A stretch of DNA of 64,000 nt from Eledone cirrhosa (GCA_964016885.1 OZ024742.1:185380001-185444000); one strand, 5' to 3'. Shown: positions 42,896-56,912, numbered from the stretch's first letter. Numbers and translations: made by a program. Notes: generated by a model not told the origin, from the sequence alone.

Positions 42896-45740
42896 CACTA
42901 GACTGCATATATCATGTTTAAAATAGTTACACTGTATCTTTTCATGTGTAAGGCAGTGAATTGCCTGAGTTATTAGAATGTCAGATGGCAAGCTTTGCCC
43001 TATTTGATCCAGTTCTCTGCTCTCTCAGTTCAAATCCTGCTGAGGTAAACTTTGCCATTGATCCATTCAATGTTGATAAAAATACCAGTGTAGTACTGGG
43101 GTCGATTCTTCTTCTATATCACTTTCTCACTTCCTTTCTCTCACACTCTATCCTTCTCTGGAAAAAATCTGTTGTACTCAGGCCTGGAGAGAGAATGGGC
43201 TCTACAAGGTTTTTAAAATGCTCTAAGAAATACCATGTATCAATATGGCACCCCTATGAGTCTATACTATACCATGAGGCTATTAAAAGCGTTGGTGCCA
43301 AGTTGGCTGTAAAACATTGTCTCAAAAAGGACCCTGCAATGAGTATGTAGTTTGTAATAGGGCCCTAGAATATTAACCCTTGCTTTAGCATGGAAAATAC
43401 ACACAAATCATTTGTTGCATATTAATTATACTTATTAAAGAAACATAATTATTAGAAATTCTCTTATATTTTCCTATTTTTGGGGGTGATTGTAAACCAC
43501 CATTTTAAAATTAAAATTATATTGTAATTAAAAAGTAAATCTTTCATTACCAAATTTTTTTAAATAATCAAAAATCTAAAGAGATTTAGTAAAGTAACCA
43601 ACTTCTCGGTGTTTATTCGATGCCTGAAATACTTTCATTTCATTAAGGTGTTGTTCAGAATATAACTGGAGCACTCATCATCGGAAATGTTGGAGATACA
43701 ACAACCTACATATATATATATATTATTAGTTCGGAATATATAAATGACTAAATAGGTGCCTATGGAAAGAGTTTGGGATAAATTCAATAAGTATTAGTAA
43801 GCCTAGCTATCAGTTGGTTTATTGAAATAATTAATTACATAATCTTGTCACCTGATACTCAATAGAGAATAGAAGGAATTAAGTAATTAGAGTTTCTTGC
43901 TAAAATTCCATAAACTAACTTTAATATTTTTTATACCAAACCACCTGAAACTGCCCCCAGTTATGTGAAACGATGCTCTTTAGTTCAAACTGTTTATATT
44001 TCTTTAAAGAAAAAAAATCCTTCCATCCCGACCTGATGTAAGAACATTTCTGAACTTATACTCCTAACACCAAATTAACAATGAGAAAATTAGTTACATT
44101 GCTAAATCATTCCATTTTTTTTTAATCATTTGAAAATTATTGGTAGTGTCTTTCATTAGAAATATGGTAATGAAAGAATTAAGCAATACATCACTAAAGT
44201 TTTACTTTTAAAAAATTACAGCCCTTTGCAGTCTGAGATCAAATCCTGCCAAGATTAACTTTGCCTTTCATCCTTACAGGGTTGATAAAATAAAGTACCA
44301 GTAATGCACTGGGATAATTGCTGGCCTTGTGCCAAAAGTAGAAACAATTATTAGTTATTAACTCCTATATATATATAGAACAGAAATTAATTTCACATCT
44401 AAATATTTCCTATCAACAAACTCCTATACTTTCTTTCTAATGAATCAATGGATACCTATAGTTTCATAGAATATAACTATACTGAAAACAATAAGATGCC
44501 CCACAAATAAAAAAAGTAACCATTTTAACACCAACCCACCAGAGTCTGCCTTAGTGTTATAACAAAATTTCTACTTTTGAAATGTTCATATTTAAATTAA
44601 AATCTCCCATCATATTTTTATCTAAGAAACTTTTAAGTTATACTCTAAACATCATTTTAAAATGAAAAGTTTTATTATTTTATAAAAGTTTTCAAAAGTC
44701 TTCATTATTTTAAACATTAACACTTTTGTTACCATATTTCTAATGAATGACCCTGCCTGTAGTTTCCAAAATCAACTATTTAGAGGAATTTAGTAATATA
44801 ATAAACTTTCTCATTAAGTTGATGTTTTAAACATAACAAAAGTTCATACATGAAATTATGTTGGAAGATTTTCTATATAAATTAAACATGTTTAAAAAAA
44901 TAGATTATTACCATTAAACCAGGAGCAGTTTCAGGCAGTTTAGTAAGAAAAGAGTTAAATGAAACACATATACAATGTATTTCATAAGAAATGTGGACAC
45001 AAAAATTAGTTAAATAACTAATGAAATTGCAACACAGATGATTCAAATGAATCTCTCTGTGAAATTTAATTAGCAGATCAAATTTCTTCTAGTCTCCTGT
45101 GTGTGTGCAGCATTCCACTAATTGCTCAATAAATTTTTATGTTTGCCACTTTAAAATTAAAACAGTTCCTCCCACATTCTCATTTCAGAGAATTAAACAT
45201 CACAAATTTCTTACAAATTTCCTTGTTCAGCGCTTAACATTTTCAGTGTCATATTTCTAATGAAAGTCATTGCACGAGTTTCAAATAATTTTAAAAATAA
45301 GAACTTGAAGGAATTTTTTAATATAACTAACTTGGATTGGCAGTATCGGTAGAGCGTCAGACACCATGCTTTGCAGCATAGACTTATGGCCTTTATGATC
45401 TGAGTTCAAATCCCGCCGAGGTTAACTTTGCCTTTCATCCTTATGGGGTTGATAAAATAAAGCACCAGTAATGCACTGGGGTAATTGCTGATCTTGTGCC
45501 AAAAGTAGAAACAATTATTGAGATGGATTGTCAGTATCGGTAGAGCATCAAACAACATTCTTTGTGGATTAGAGTTACAGCCCTTTACGTTCTGAGTTCA
45601 AATCCTAGAGAAGTTAGTTTTGCCTTTCATCCTTAGGTATCGATAAAATAAAGTACCAGTAATGCACTGGGACCAATTTAATCGACTTTCCCTTCCCCAA
45701 AAATTGTTGACCTTGTCCGTAATTCAGAAACCATTATTAA

Positions 45741-45953
45741 CTCTTTAGCATTTACATTACTCTATATATAGTATTGTATTTTCATGGTAAAATTACATAA
45801 TTATCTCCCATAATATCAAATCTATGAGATTTTGATGTTATTTATTTTGAGAACAATACCTTAACATCAGTGTCAGTGGCCAGTTATAGCTGGTTTGATC
45901 AGAAAGGAGTGAGAGAATTCTGGCCAGATACGGTCGGTTTAAATGCTAAAGGG
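45741..45953. mobile_element. piggyBac-like MITE
   Basis: TTAA|CTCTTTAGCATTTA...TAAATGCTAAAGGG|TTAA. An older ~250-bp family with TTAA-like ends recurs at ~42115, 43915, 44717, 45234 and 48710. Confidence 0.75.
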
Positions 45954-47277
45954 TTAAGATGAGTTTTGGAACGTAATGAAAGTTCTTAATGAAATTATGA
46001 CAGAAAATGTTTTAGATAAATATAAACACTTTAAAACAAATGATTGATCCATGTAGTTTATAGTTAAAAGAGTTAAATAAATGAAGTACAAAAGAATTTA
46101 TCATTGAATCTACAGTGGTGTAGACTTCTGGAGTTCTGGTCCCCCAAACCAGTTTCCTTCTCACTACTATTAAAACAGGGCTGGCCATCTGCAGGAGTGA
46201 GTCTTGCAAGTTAAGATGGCTATTTCAACACATCTCCTTCACTATCTTCTAGGTTCATACTTTCTCTATTCTATCCCCTTTGATCATAAAGTGACATATG
46301 CCTTGGGTTCTGCTTATGGGAGAAGCAGCACAGATGAATGGTGGAACATGACAATCTTTCATTGATTGGTTCGAGCTGGTACTATTGGCCAGAACATACA
46401 CACATGCAGTTAGTAGCTTGATTAGAATACAACATTGGAATAAGTGGTGAAAGGATGATGAAAATATGTTGATTATACTTCAAATAGCAGGTTGATATCT
46501 TACATTCTGGAGCATGACAATTTATTTCATTAGAAACTAGGGGACCCGTGCTCTCAATAATGCCAGCAATAGCATTGAACATATTCAATTTTTGGAGTCC
46601 AAGATTAGTATACCAAATATACCTTGTCAGGCTTCTGCCGGCTACAGGTACCATGTAACCCAGTACAACCTGCTTCATTATTGTGTGTTCAGTGACTAAG
46701 CCTGTTCCCCAACAAGACCCTGGTCTGGTGAGGAGGGTAAGTGAGACTCTAGCAGCACAAATAAACAATAGCTGTTAAAAGGGCAGATGAACTTCTCATA
46801 GTCAATGGTCATCCACCCCAACTATGAGTTAAATAACCTCACCTACCCACAATTGGCCAAGCATGGTGACATGACCAAAACTAAACAGAAATCAATGGAG
46901 GTCAAGCAGGGAGGCGTTCCCCCAACAGGAGTAAAAAGGCCCTGAGTTGGATTGGACTGGATACATGAACAATCACAAAAACTGAGAAATTTGCAATTTC
47001 ATAAATTAATAGTTTTCATAATATTTTGATAATTTATTTCCAGGATATAATTAAATAAATGTTTAGTATATGTGTACAACGATATACAGGATTAAATGTA
47101 GGGTTAAAATCTAGGACCTTGTGATTGGAAAGCAAACTTATTGTAGTAATGTGACTGAGATAGATAATGCATTGTCTATGCATGTAAATTTTAAAGGGTT
47201 AGAGACAGAATTATGTATTTATTAAATTAAAATAAAAATGTTGTAAACATACAATACAACAGGAGGAAACATAATAG

Positions 47278-47321
47278 TACCACTGATGATGTTGCAGATG
47301 TGCAACGAAAGAACTTTGATA
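47278..47321 (+). ncRNA. Minimal, possibly decayed hammerhead
   Basis: UACCA-CUGAUGA-uGUUGCA(gaug)UGCAAC-GAAA-G(aa)C-UU-UGAUA; perfect stem II, weak stems I and III. Confidence 0.55.
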
Positions 47322-47501
47322 GAGTATATATATATATTTATATCTGTATTTTTAACTGCTAGTCAATTAATGATAAATATTGATTGTCAAATAAATTAAC
47401 TATGGAGATATAAAAGATACAATAGCGAAAACCAACCAAACAGTGAGTGTGTTCTGTTATTATTTCTGGCAATATTACAACAATATGACCCTCCTCAAGT
47501 A

Positions 47502-47645
<144 letters not shown>

Positions 47646-47646
47646 A

Positions 47647-47781
47647 GAGATTCCTGATGATTTCTAAAGAATAAAACAGTTCTAGTCCTGTAGAATCTCA
47701 TCTATATTAAAACTTTTATACTCTGCAATGTATTGAGTACCTTACTTACTGTGGTTACCTCCGACTCAACCCGGAACAACG
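47647..47781 (+). mobile_element. HH1 insert (hammerhead with GAAA>AAAA change)
   Basis: Homologous to 750-885 over its full length. Confidence 0.85.
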
Positions 47782-47827
<46 letters not shown>

Positions 47828-47828
<1 letters not shown>

Positions 47829-48135
47829 GTGTGTATAATGGTAGCTATGGTGCTTCCATAGGCGGTATGCCAAAATTAGCACTCAATATTCATTCAGAGC
47901 AGAGTGTGAATAGTATAAAAAAAACGAAAAGTCAGTGATGCATCTGGACTCAGTTTATTGCATGTTACAATTGTTTCGCCGGCAGGTAGCTCGAGACATC
48001 ATCACTGTATGGATCTGTATAAATCAGCCAGATCCATACAGTGATCATGTCTCGAGCTACCTGCCGGCGAAACAATTGTAACATGCAATAAACTGAGTCC
48101 AGATGCATCACTGATTTTTCGTTTTTTTTATACTA
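47828..48135. mobile_element. Fold-back insert; palindrome 47911-48135 centred upstream of a hammerhead 3' half
   Basis: ~107-bp arms with GAAA-CAAUUG-UA at 48069-48080 and its mirror; CUGANGA half is absent. Confidence 0.75.
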
Positions 48136-48166
<31 letters not shown>

Positions 48167-49764
48167 ATATATAGACACAAACACACATCATTGTGTATTA
48201 CTATGGCTGATATGAGAAATTAATCAGTAATTTTTTATTGAAATATATAGTACTTCACTAAGAAGCAGAATACACTGTTTCTGTAAAAGTAGAAGTGGTG
48301 TTTCTACTAATATTTTCTACATTAACACACCACAAACAGAATAAAGTTATTTTTCCTGCTAAAACAAGAGTTAACCTTGTGAACTTAATGACAGGCTTTT
48401 TACTCATAACAGGGCTCTTTTTGAGTCAATATTTTATGCTTGGATGCCCAAGCTTTTGTTTGATGTACCAACACTTTTAGTCACCTTTCATGACATGCAG
48501 GGAAACTGTGTACCTATTGTAAACTGCATACACAGTAAAATATTTTCTACATTACATATATTATATTAGCTTTGTAGCAGGGAGTTACATATCACTTATT
48601 GAATTGCTTCACTTACACTATTAGTAGCTTTAGGAAACAGCATGTTTCCCTGTTTTCATATTCTTTTCAAGTACAAGTTTTTTCTACATATTGCTAGGTA
48701 TCCAACTACATCCCTTTCATGGTTATATTTCTAATAAAATACACTATGTTTCAATTAACTTTGAAAATAACCAAATATTTGGAGGAACTCAATAAAATAA
48801 CTAACTTAGTAAGTTCATATTTAGCATATTACAAACATTTCTAAAATAAAATGATGATGGAAGGTTTTAATATAAGGAAAAACATTTATAAATGAGGAGT
48901 TTTGTATCATTATTTCGAGGTGGTCTCAGATGGTTTGGTATGAAAGGCTATATAAAGTACTGTATCAATTATGGTACTTTTCAGTGTAGAATTGAAATCA
49001 GATTGGACTTAATTTTTGTATTTAATGTGTCTAATATGCATAAATAATAGTTTCTGATATAGGCACAAGGCCAACAACGTTGTTGTAGTAGCAATGTGGC
49101 AACACCCCTAACATATTGTTATTACTCTGAGCTATAATTTATTGATATCACCTCATTGAGGGCTTTGTGCCAGCCTCAGAAGATTGATTTCAAAAAATGC
49201 TAATCGCGGCTGCAACTTTGATTTTACTCACTATTATATATATATATATATATATGTATACATATATATATATATACATATATATCATCATCATCATCAT
49301 CATCATATATATATATATACATATATATCATCATCATCATCATCATATATATATATATATACATATATATCATCATCATCATCATCATATATATATATAT
49401 ATATCATATATATATATGATGATTTTTTTTTTTTTTAATATAAGGAACTGTTTCTTTGTTTATTCATTATTTTATTAATTTATCTTGACTCTGTTTTCCG
49501 TTTATTTTTCACCGAAAGTAGTTTTTGAATGCATCTTCTCTTTTCATGATATCCGGATTACATTGAGTTCTTCTTACGGATTGGACACTACCGTAAACTT
49601 TTGGTAGATTTATCTACATACTTTGCTCCTATTTTCATGGGGATATTCTTATTTTTATATTGTATGTGTATATATATTTATATATATATACATATATGTG
49701 TATAACTTTATAACTCCATATACAAATAGTTGAGCTCTTTTTCTTGTCCATTATCCATATCACA

Positions 49765-52198
49765 ATGGAAAAACAATACTTGGGAACTTCTTTAAAGAAT
49801 ATACCATTACCTTCTAAGGATGATTTCTTACTTCTTATGATACAAAAAACCAACCAATTTATCAGAAGAATCAGATGGAGGGCCTACCACTTCGATAAAA
49901 AAACAAAATGTACTGATAGGAAATATTTGTATGATTTCACTACATATAAAAATCCACCACACAACTCCTTACTTGAAAACTTTGAGAAAGACCTTTTTAA
50001 TTTAATCAAACACCTCAAATTTAAGAGGTATAAATCTAATTTTCAAAAGGACCTTGATTCTACCCTATTGGACCTAAAAAAATCTAAAAAAATCCATGTC
50101 CACTCGGACAAAACTGGAAATCTATATCACATGGATATTGAAAATTACAATGAGTTCATATATAAAGAACTCAGGAAAAATTATAGAAAAACAAATAATG
50201 CGTCACTTACCAACATCAACAACAAAACACACAATATAGTGAATAGACTTAATATTGAAGATAGAACTGAACCTTTGGCATTGAAAAGACCACATTTCAA
50301 CCTGAAAGATCATAAATCTAACTTTAACTCTAATCCTTCCAAATCTGATATTGGAATAATTAGTAAAATAATTTTAGATAGAGTCATCCCACAACTAAGA
50401 AAACATGTTAACTTACCACTCTGGGAAAACACATCCCAGGTAATTAACTGGTTTAATAATATTAGAAATAAATCCTCTGCTTCATTTCTACAATTTGATA
50501 TAGATAATTATTATTATTCTATATCACCTATACTCCTGAACAAAGCCTTGATATTTGCTAAAAATAGATCTAACTTAACTTTGGATGACATTAATATTAT
50601 TACACATGCTAGACTAACACTATTGGAATTTCAGAATGAATACTGGACCAGAAACACATATAGTAATCTATTCGATATTACTATGGGCTCAAGCGATTCT
50701 GCCCAAATTACTGATCTTGTGGGCCTCTTTCTTCTTTTTAACATAAATGCTTCTTTTCCCCACCTTAAATGTGGTTTATATCGTGACGACTGTCTTCTTC
50801 TTTCCAATAACCTTAGCCTCTCAGAGATAGAAAAAAATAAAAAGCTTATTAGAACTTTCCTCAAAGACTATTATAGTCTAGATATTACATTTGAAAACAC
50901 AAGTAAAGTAGTTAATTTCCTAGATATAACATTAGACTTATCTACGGGTATCTACCAACCTTACCATAAACCCAACCAAAATTTACACTACATACACTCA
51001 CAATCTAATCACCCTAAATCTATCCTTAAAAACCTTGCATATAATATATCACTTAGAATTTCTAACCTTTCGTCTAACCAAGATGTATTTGATAAAAATG
51101 CGACCTTTTATAACGAAGCTCTAGCTAGAAGTGGCCACAAAAATAGATTAGTATATATACCTTCTACCAATAACACTAGAGACATACAACCTAATATTAC
51201 CAACAAACACCAAATGAAACATACACACCTAAATGCCACTCACACTATACCCCAAAACACCAACATAAAACCAAATTTCTCTAACTCTTCTAATATACAG
51301 TATAGTAACTCTCAAAAAACTACTCATCCTACAACTCTAATAAATGTTAATAATAAAACTCCTAATAAACAAGCTAAAACACCTAAATCAATAAATCTAA
51401 CTAAAAATGTGTGTGGTGAGGTCATTAACAATAATTCTCTTAATAAACATCAGGATGCATCCTATAAAAACAATAAACAACATCGAAACCGTAATAGACG
51501 AGTTACTTGGTATAATGCTCCATTTAATTTACAAATTAAAGATAATGTACCTAAAAAATTCTTTAATATCCTAGAGAAAAACTTCCCGCCAAACCACAAA
51601 TACCATCAAATCTTAAATAGATCAACGGTTAAATTCTCCTACTCAACAACCAAAAACATAAAACAAAATATAAGTGCCTATAATGCATATACATGTAAAA
51701 AAAACCATGAGTATACCACCAGTACATCAAACTAACCATAATATCTCCTCAGATACAGGATTCACGAAAAGTTGTAACTGTAGAAACAAGGCAAACTGTC
51801 CATTAAAAGGAAATTGCCTTGTTAATAACATAGTATATAAATGTAAAGTTAACACTAAGGACTCAATTTATTCATATATAGGAGCTACCTCTAACAAATT
51901 TAAGGTAAGATTTAATACCCACAAACATAGTTTTTAAAATGCCGCACTAGCTAATACAACATCTCTAGCTGAAATAATAAATAGTTATAGAAAGAGGAAT
52001 ATAGAATATGACCTGACCTGGAGTGTGCTCAAAAGGGCCACCCCTTATCAAAATAGTAGAAATGAATGTAGATTATGTTCCCAAGAACTTTTTGAAATAA
52101 TGAAATCTAAGGATATCCTATTAAATAAGCGACAGGAATTAATAATATCGTGTAATCATAAACTGAGAAAAACCTTTAAATATTATAAACCTAATTAA
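49765..52198 (+). pseudogene. Near-intact PLE RT-GIY-YIG polyprotein (+1 frameshift in A-run ~51697-51703, TAA at 51935, 21-nt deletion ~50340)
   Basis: N-terminal SLKNIPLP..FIRRIRWRAYHF, RT FDID/MGS/GLYRDD, WYNAPF, CNCRNKANCPLKGNC, IVYKC..YIG, CRLC, LLNKRQE. Confidence 0.93.
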
Positions 52199-52628
52199 TA
52201 TACACTTTAGAAATTAATTTATAAATTATTTTTAATTTAGTTAACCTATAATTAATATTCTACTACTGATGAACTACATAATTCTGCTTTAAAAATTATA
52301 AACCTAATTAATATACACTTTAGAAATTAATATAATACTATTTTTAATTTAGTTAACCTATAATTAATATTCTACTACTGATGAACTACATAATTTTGCT
52401 TTCCTTCTTACAAATATCATTTCCTAAAACTGATACCATTAAGTAAACATATATAATGCTTTAACTTCAGGTTATGACTCTATGTTCCTTGAAAACTATA
52501 TATATTTACTATTTCTCACTAATAAATTTAATCCCCCCCCCCAATAATTATATGTATATATAAGTGTATATGTGTGTGTATATATATATGTGTATGTATG
52601 TATGTATGCATGTATGTATCTACGTATA

Positions 52629-52663
<35 letters not shown>

Positions 52664-52669
52664 ATATGT

Positions 52670-52700
<31 letters not shown>

Positions 52701-52707
52701 TATATGT

Positions 52708-52741
<34 letters not shown>

Positions 52742-52764
52742 ATGTGTGTGTGTGTATGTGTATG

Positions 52765-52796
<32 letters not shown>

Positions 52797-52800
52797 AGTG

Positions 52801-52849
<49 letters not shown>

Positions 52850-52884
52850 ATGTGTATATATATGTATATATATATATGTATAAG

Positions 52885-52915
<31 letters not shown>

Positions 52916-53544
52916 TTTATATTCTTTTAATTTCCCCTCATCTTTAACAGCACTTTTCAACTGCATCTAACTCTTATTTATCATATCTATATGTATTAGT
53001 ATAATTTTATCAATATAAATATACCCATCAATTAAATTAATTTATATTCTTTTCATAGATGCATTTTTTTCACTAACATTCTTATCTTAAAACTTTAGTC
53101 ACGTTAGATATTTGTACTGGCATTACTATTTTATAACAGCAACTGCTTGTATACCTTTGACTGACCACCTGACCTATTTCACCCCTAAAATAAGCTTCAA
53201 TTACTACTATTTTACCATTTGGCCAATTATTAACTTTCTATTGGTTAATTCTAAACCTCTTACCAAACAGACAGAATATATTAGATCTTTGTTGGTTTTA
53301 TTCAATGAACAAATAAAATTATTTCTGAGGTCAGCATAAGACCTATTTCTTCCCTAAAATAATCCTTCATTCATAATATTCTTTTCCATCCAAAACTGAA
53401 ATCTACCTTCCTCTACCCATAATTTAAAGTTCTTCTACTACTATATTACTATCCTGACCCTCACTATCTCTCTATTGGTCAATTCAAAACCTGTTCCCAA
53501 ACCGACCTATTGTATTGAATCTTTGTTTTTTTCAATAAACAAAT

Positions 53545-53688
53545 ATCATTATTTCTGAAGACAGCATATATATGTGTAGGTATGTATATTCCCTCTGATA
53601 GTTTGTATAAATATTGTACATAGATCTATAGAATATGCATACCAACTCTAACACATATATATCCTAGAAACGATCGTAAAATGATGAT
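53545..53688 (+). ncRNA. Type I hammerhead with long stem II (Naiad copy 2)
   Basis: AUCAUUAUUU-CUGAAGA-[AUAUAUAUGUGU..GGUAUGUAUAUUC...GAAUAUGCAUACC..ACACAUAUAUAU]-GAAA-CGAUCG-UA-AAAUGAUGAU. Confidence 0.87.
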
Positions 53689-53738
53689 TTTTTTTTTTAT
53701 ATAAGGAACTGTTTCTTTGTTTATTCATTATTTTATTA

Positions 53739-53784
<46 letters not shown>

Positions 53785-53958
53785 GAGTACGTGGATCTGA
53801 TGAACGCCAACCAGCATGAAACAGACTGCCAGCTTCTTTCCCTTCTTTCGCCGAAAAGAAGTAAGTGACATAATGACTACTTTGAAACTGATAGCGTATG
53901 GTCATCTAAATGTTTTTAATTAAACATACGGTATATTGCCAAATATACTATACATACA

Positions 53959-53996
<38 letters not shown>

Positions 53997-54071
53997 GATA
54001 CACACATATATATATTTATTTTTAAAAAATTAATAGATAAATAAAAAAAGAAATAAAAGAAAAAAAAAGAA

Positions 54072-54106
<35 letters not shown>

Positions 54107-54254
54107 TACATATACATATATACATACACACATATACATTAATAACAATAATAATAATAATAATAACAACAATAATAATATACATATACATATATATATG
54201 CACACACACGCGCACACATAAACACATCTATACACACACACGATAGCAACTAAC

Positions 54255-56095
54255 AGCACTGCGATCGAATGTGGCTTTTTAGCCCAGCCAATGATCTAAA
54301 ATGTCTTGCACAGAGTCACCAACCAAAACATTCACTGGGAATAGTCGGCTGTGGTTGGAGTTCATGTACTTTTGCATGTCGCTTGAGCCCTCCTGCTGAT
54401 TTACACTCTCTACCACATGTTTGGCAAGCATGATGAGTAGCATCTCCAACAGCAGCCTGGTAGTCAACCACTGATCTTACTTTATGACTGCGAAGATGAC
54501 TTTCGAGTCCAGCTTTGCTTAGGCAGAGTCTCGCACAGACGCTGCATGTCAGCACCATAGGAGGACCCTCGCCGTCTGGAAGTGCAACAGCAATGCCCTT
54601 CCTCACATCCCGCTTTACTTTCTCGTATGCGATTCGAGATGCATCAAAGGCAACTTTTCCCTCATATACAGTCTTTCTCCATTTATTACGATCAGCAGCA
54701 ACATTTTCCCATGTATCAGCAGAGATGTTAGCGTCTTTCAAAGAGGCTTTCAATGAATCCTTATACCTCTTTTTTGGTTTATGTGGCGGTCGTTTTCCTT
54801 TAACCAACTCTCCATAAAAGAGTTGTTTTGGTATTCTAGAATCCTTCATCCTGGCAAGGTGACCACTCCAACGGAGTCGTTGCTTAAGCACAAGAGCTTC
54901 TATACTTCTATACACATAGAGCTTTCCAAAATCTCGACATCACTGATGTGGTCGCTCCAGTGAACGCCATGGATCCGTCTGAGACACAACTGATGGAAAC
55001 GCTCCAATTGCTTAAGGTGGTGTCGATATGTGACCCAGGTCTCGTAGGCATAAAGAAGACAAGAGAGCACACATGCCGTGTACACCATTACCTTTGTATT
55101 CCTGCATATGTCTCGCCGACCCCAGAGTCGCCTTTCTAGCTTTCCGAAAGCATCACTTGCTTTCCTAATCCTAAGTGAAATTTCACTGTCAAGGTTGCTG
55201 TATCGATTGACAGTGCTTCCCAGATAGACAAACTGATCAACCACTCCAAGTCGTTTACCATACACATAGATATTTGGTTCAGTGTACTGCTTACCAGGGA
55301 CAGGTTGGTACATGACGACGGTTTTCTTGAGACTGACAGTCAATCCTAGGGCACTGCAAGCGTCAGAAAATGCATTCAAAATGTGCTGCATATCAATCTC
55401 TGTGTGCGCTACAAGATCGCAATCATCTGCATACAAGAGGTCTCTTATGATTGATGTAAATACTTTTGTCTTTGCAGCAAAGCGCCTGATCTTAAATATG
55501 CTGCCTGAGGTTCGATATCGGATGTAAACACCATGCTCGCAATTCCTGAATGCAATACAGAAAACCATTGCAAAGTATATAGCAAACAGGGTCGGTGCTG
55601 GAATATCCCCCTGTTTCACTCCATTTTTTACTGAGATAGGCTCCGACATTAACCCAAGCCTTCATATCGTCATGGAAAGACCTAACTAAAGCAAGGAACT
55701 TATCAGGGCAACCAAGTTTCTGGAGAACCTTCCATAATGCGTCTCTGTTAACAGTATCGAAAGCTTTTGTCAGATCGACAAAAACCTGATACAGATCCAA
55801 ACCTTGTTCCATGCACTTCTCCTGGAGCTGTCTAGCTGAGAAGATCATATCAGTAGTGCCGCGTCCAGCACGAAAACCAGATTGACTTTCAGGAAGAACA
55901 CAATCTGCAATGTGTGTCAGCAGACGGTCCAGAAGCACCCTACATAAAACTTTCCCTATGACAGAAAGCAGTGATATACCTCTGTAGTGCCCACAATCAT
56001 TCCTGTTACCCTTTCCCTTGTACAAGACCACCATTACTGCATCTCTCCAGTCCTCAGGTACGGATTCATTAGCCCATATCCTTCCAAACAAAGAG
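54255..56095 (-). pseudogene. RTE-BovB-like LINE, 5'-truncated RT plus C-terminal zinc fingers (frameshifts ~55640, ~54905, ~54320)
   Basis: [53 protein letters not shown]2H2 motifs. Confidence 0.93.
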
Positions 56096-56261
56096 TGATA
56101 TATATATACACACATATGTACACACACATATGTACACACACATATATATACAAATATACATATATATTTATATACATATATGCACATATCTATGTATATA
56201 TGTATATATATATATATATATATACACAAATATACATATATATTATAAACATAAATACATA

Positions 56262-56327
<66 letters not shown>

Positions 56328-56430
56328 CCAATACTCTAACCACTAAGCCATCTATATATGTATGTATATAAATTTATATGTATGTATATATATATATATA
56401 CATATATATATGTATGTATATAAATATATG

Positions 56431-56502
<72 letters not shown>

Positions 56503-56577
56503 CATATATATTTATATACATACATATATGTATATATATATATACATACATATAAATTTATATACATACATATATAC

Positions 56578-56912
56578 ATGGCTTAGTGGTTAGAGTATTG
56601 GCCTTGCAATCGAAAGGTTGTGAGTTCAATTCTCAGACCAGGTGATGTGTTGTTTCCCTGAGCAAGACACTTTATTTCACATTGTTCCCGTTTACTCAGC
56701 TTTAGAAATGAGATGATAGGACTGGGGTCCCTATCATTCCACTGCAAAGTGGTCGTGGAGGTGCCAGGGCAAAAAAGCACCCAACACTCACTGTAAATGA
56801 GGTTGGTGTTAGGAAGGGCATCCAGCTGTAGAAATCAGGCCAGAATCAGTTCTCGTCCCACCATTGCAAGCAGGGAAAAGTGGACGTAAAATGATGATGA
56901 TGATGATGATGA
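56578..56912 (+). mobile_element. CORE-SINE with (GAT)n tail (similar copy 59174-59612; inverted tail fragment ~56990-57185)
   Basis: TGGCTTAGTGG A-box, GAGTTCAATTC B-box, CORE-like TGAGCAAGACACTT, GGTGTTAGGAAGGGCATCCAGC. Confidence 0.82.

Larger units (their letters stand above)
49416..53743 (+). mobile_element. Full-length Naiad-type Penelope-like retroelement, copy 2
   Basis: Direct terminal repeat 49416-~49482 = 53681-53743; complete ORF; 3' HHR; (TA)n flanks. Confidence 0.93.

Noticed and set aside
53792-53835. CUGAUGA..GAAACAGACUGCC next to the Naiad 3' end
   Set aside because: No NUH triplet (GCC) and weak stems; probable relic.
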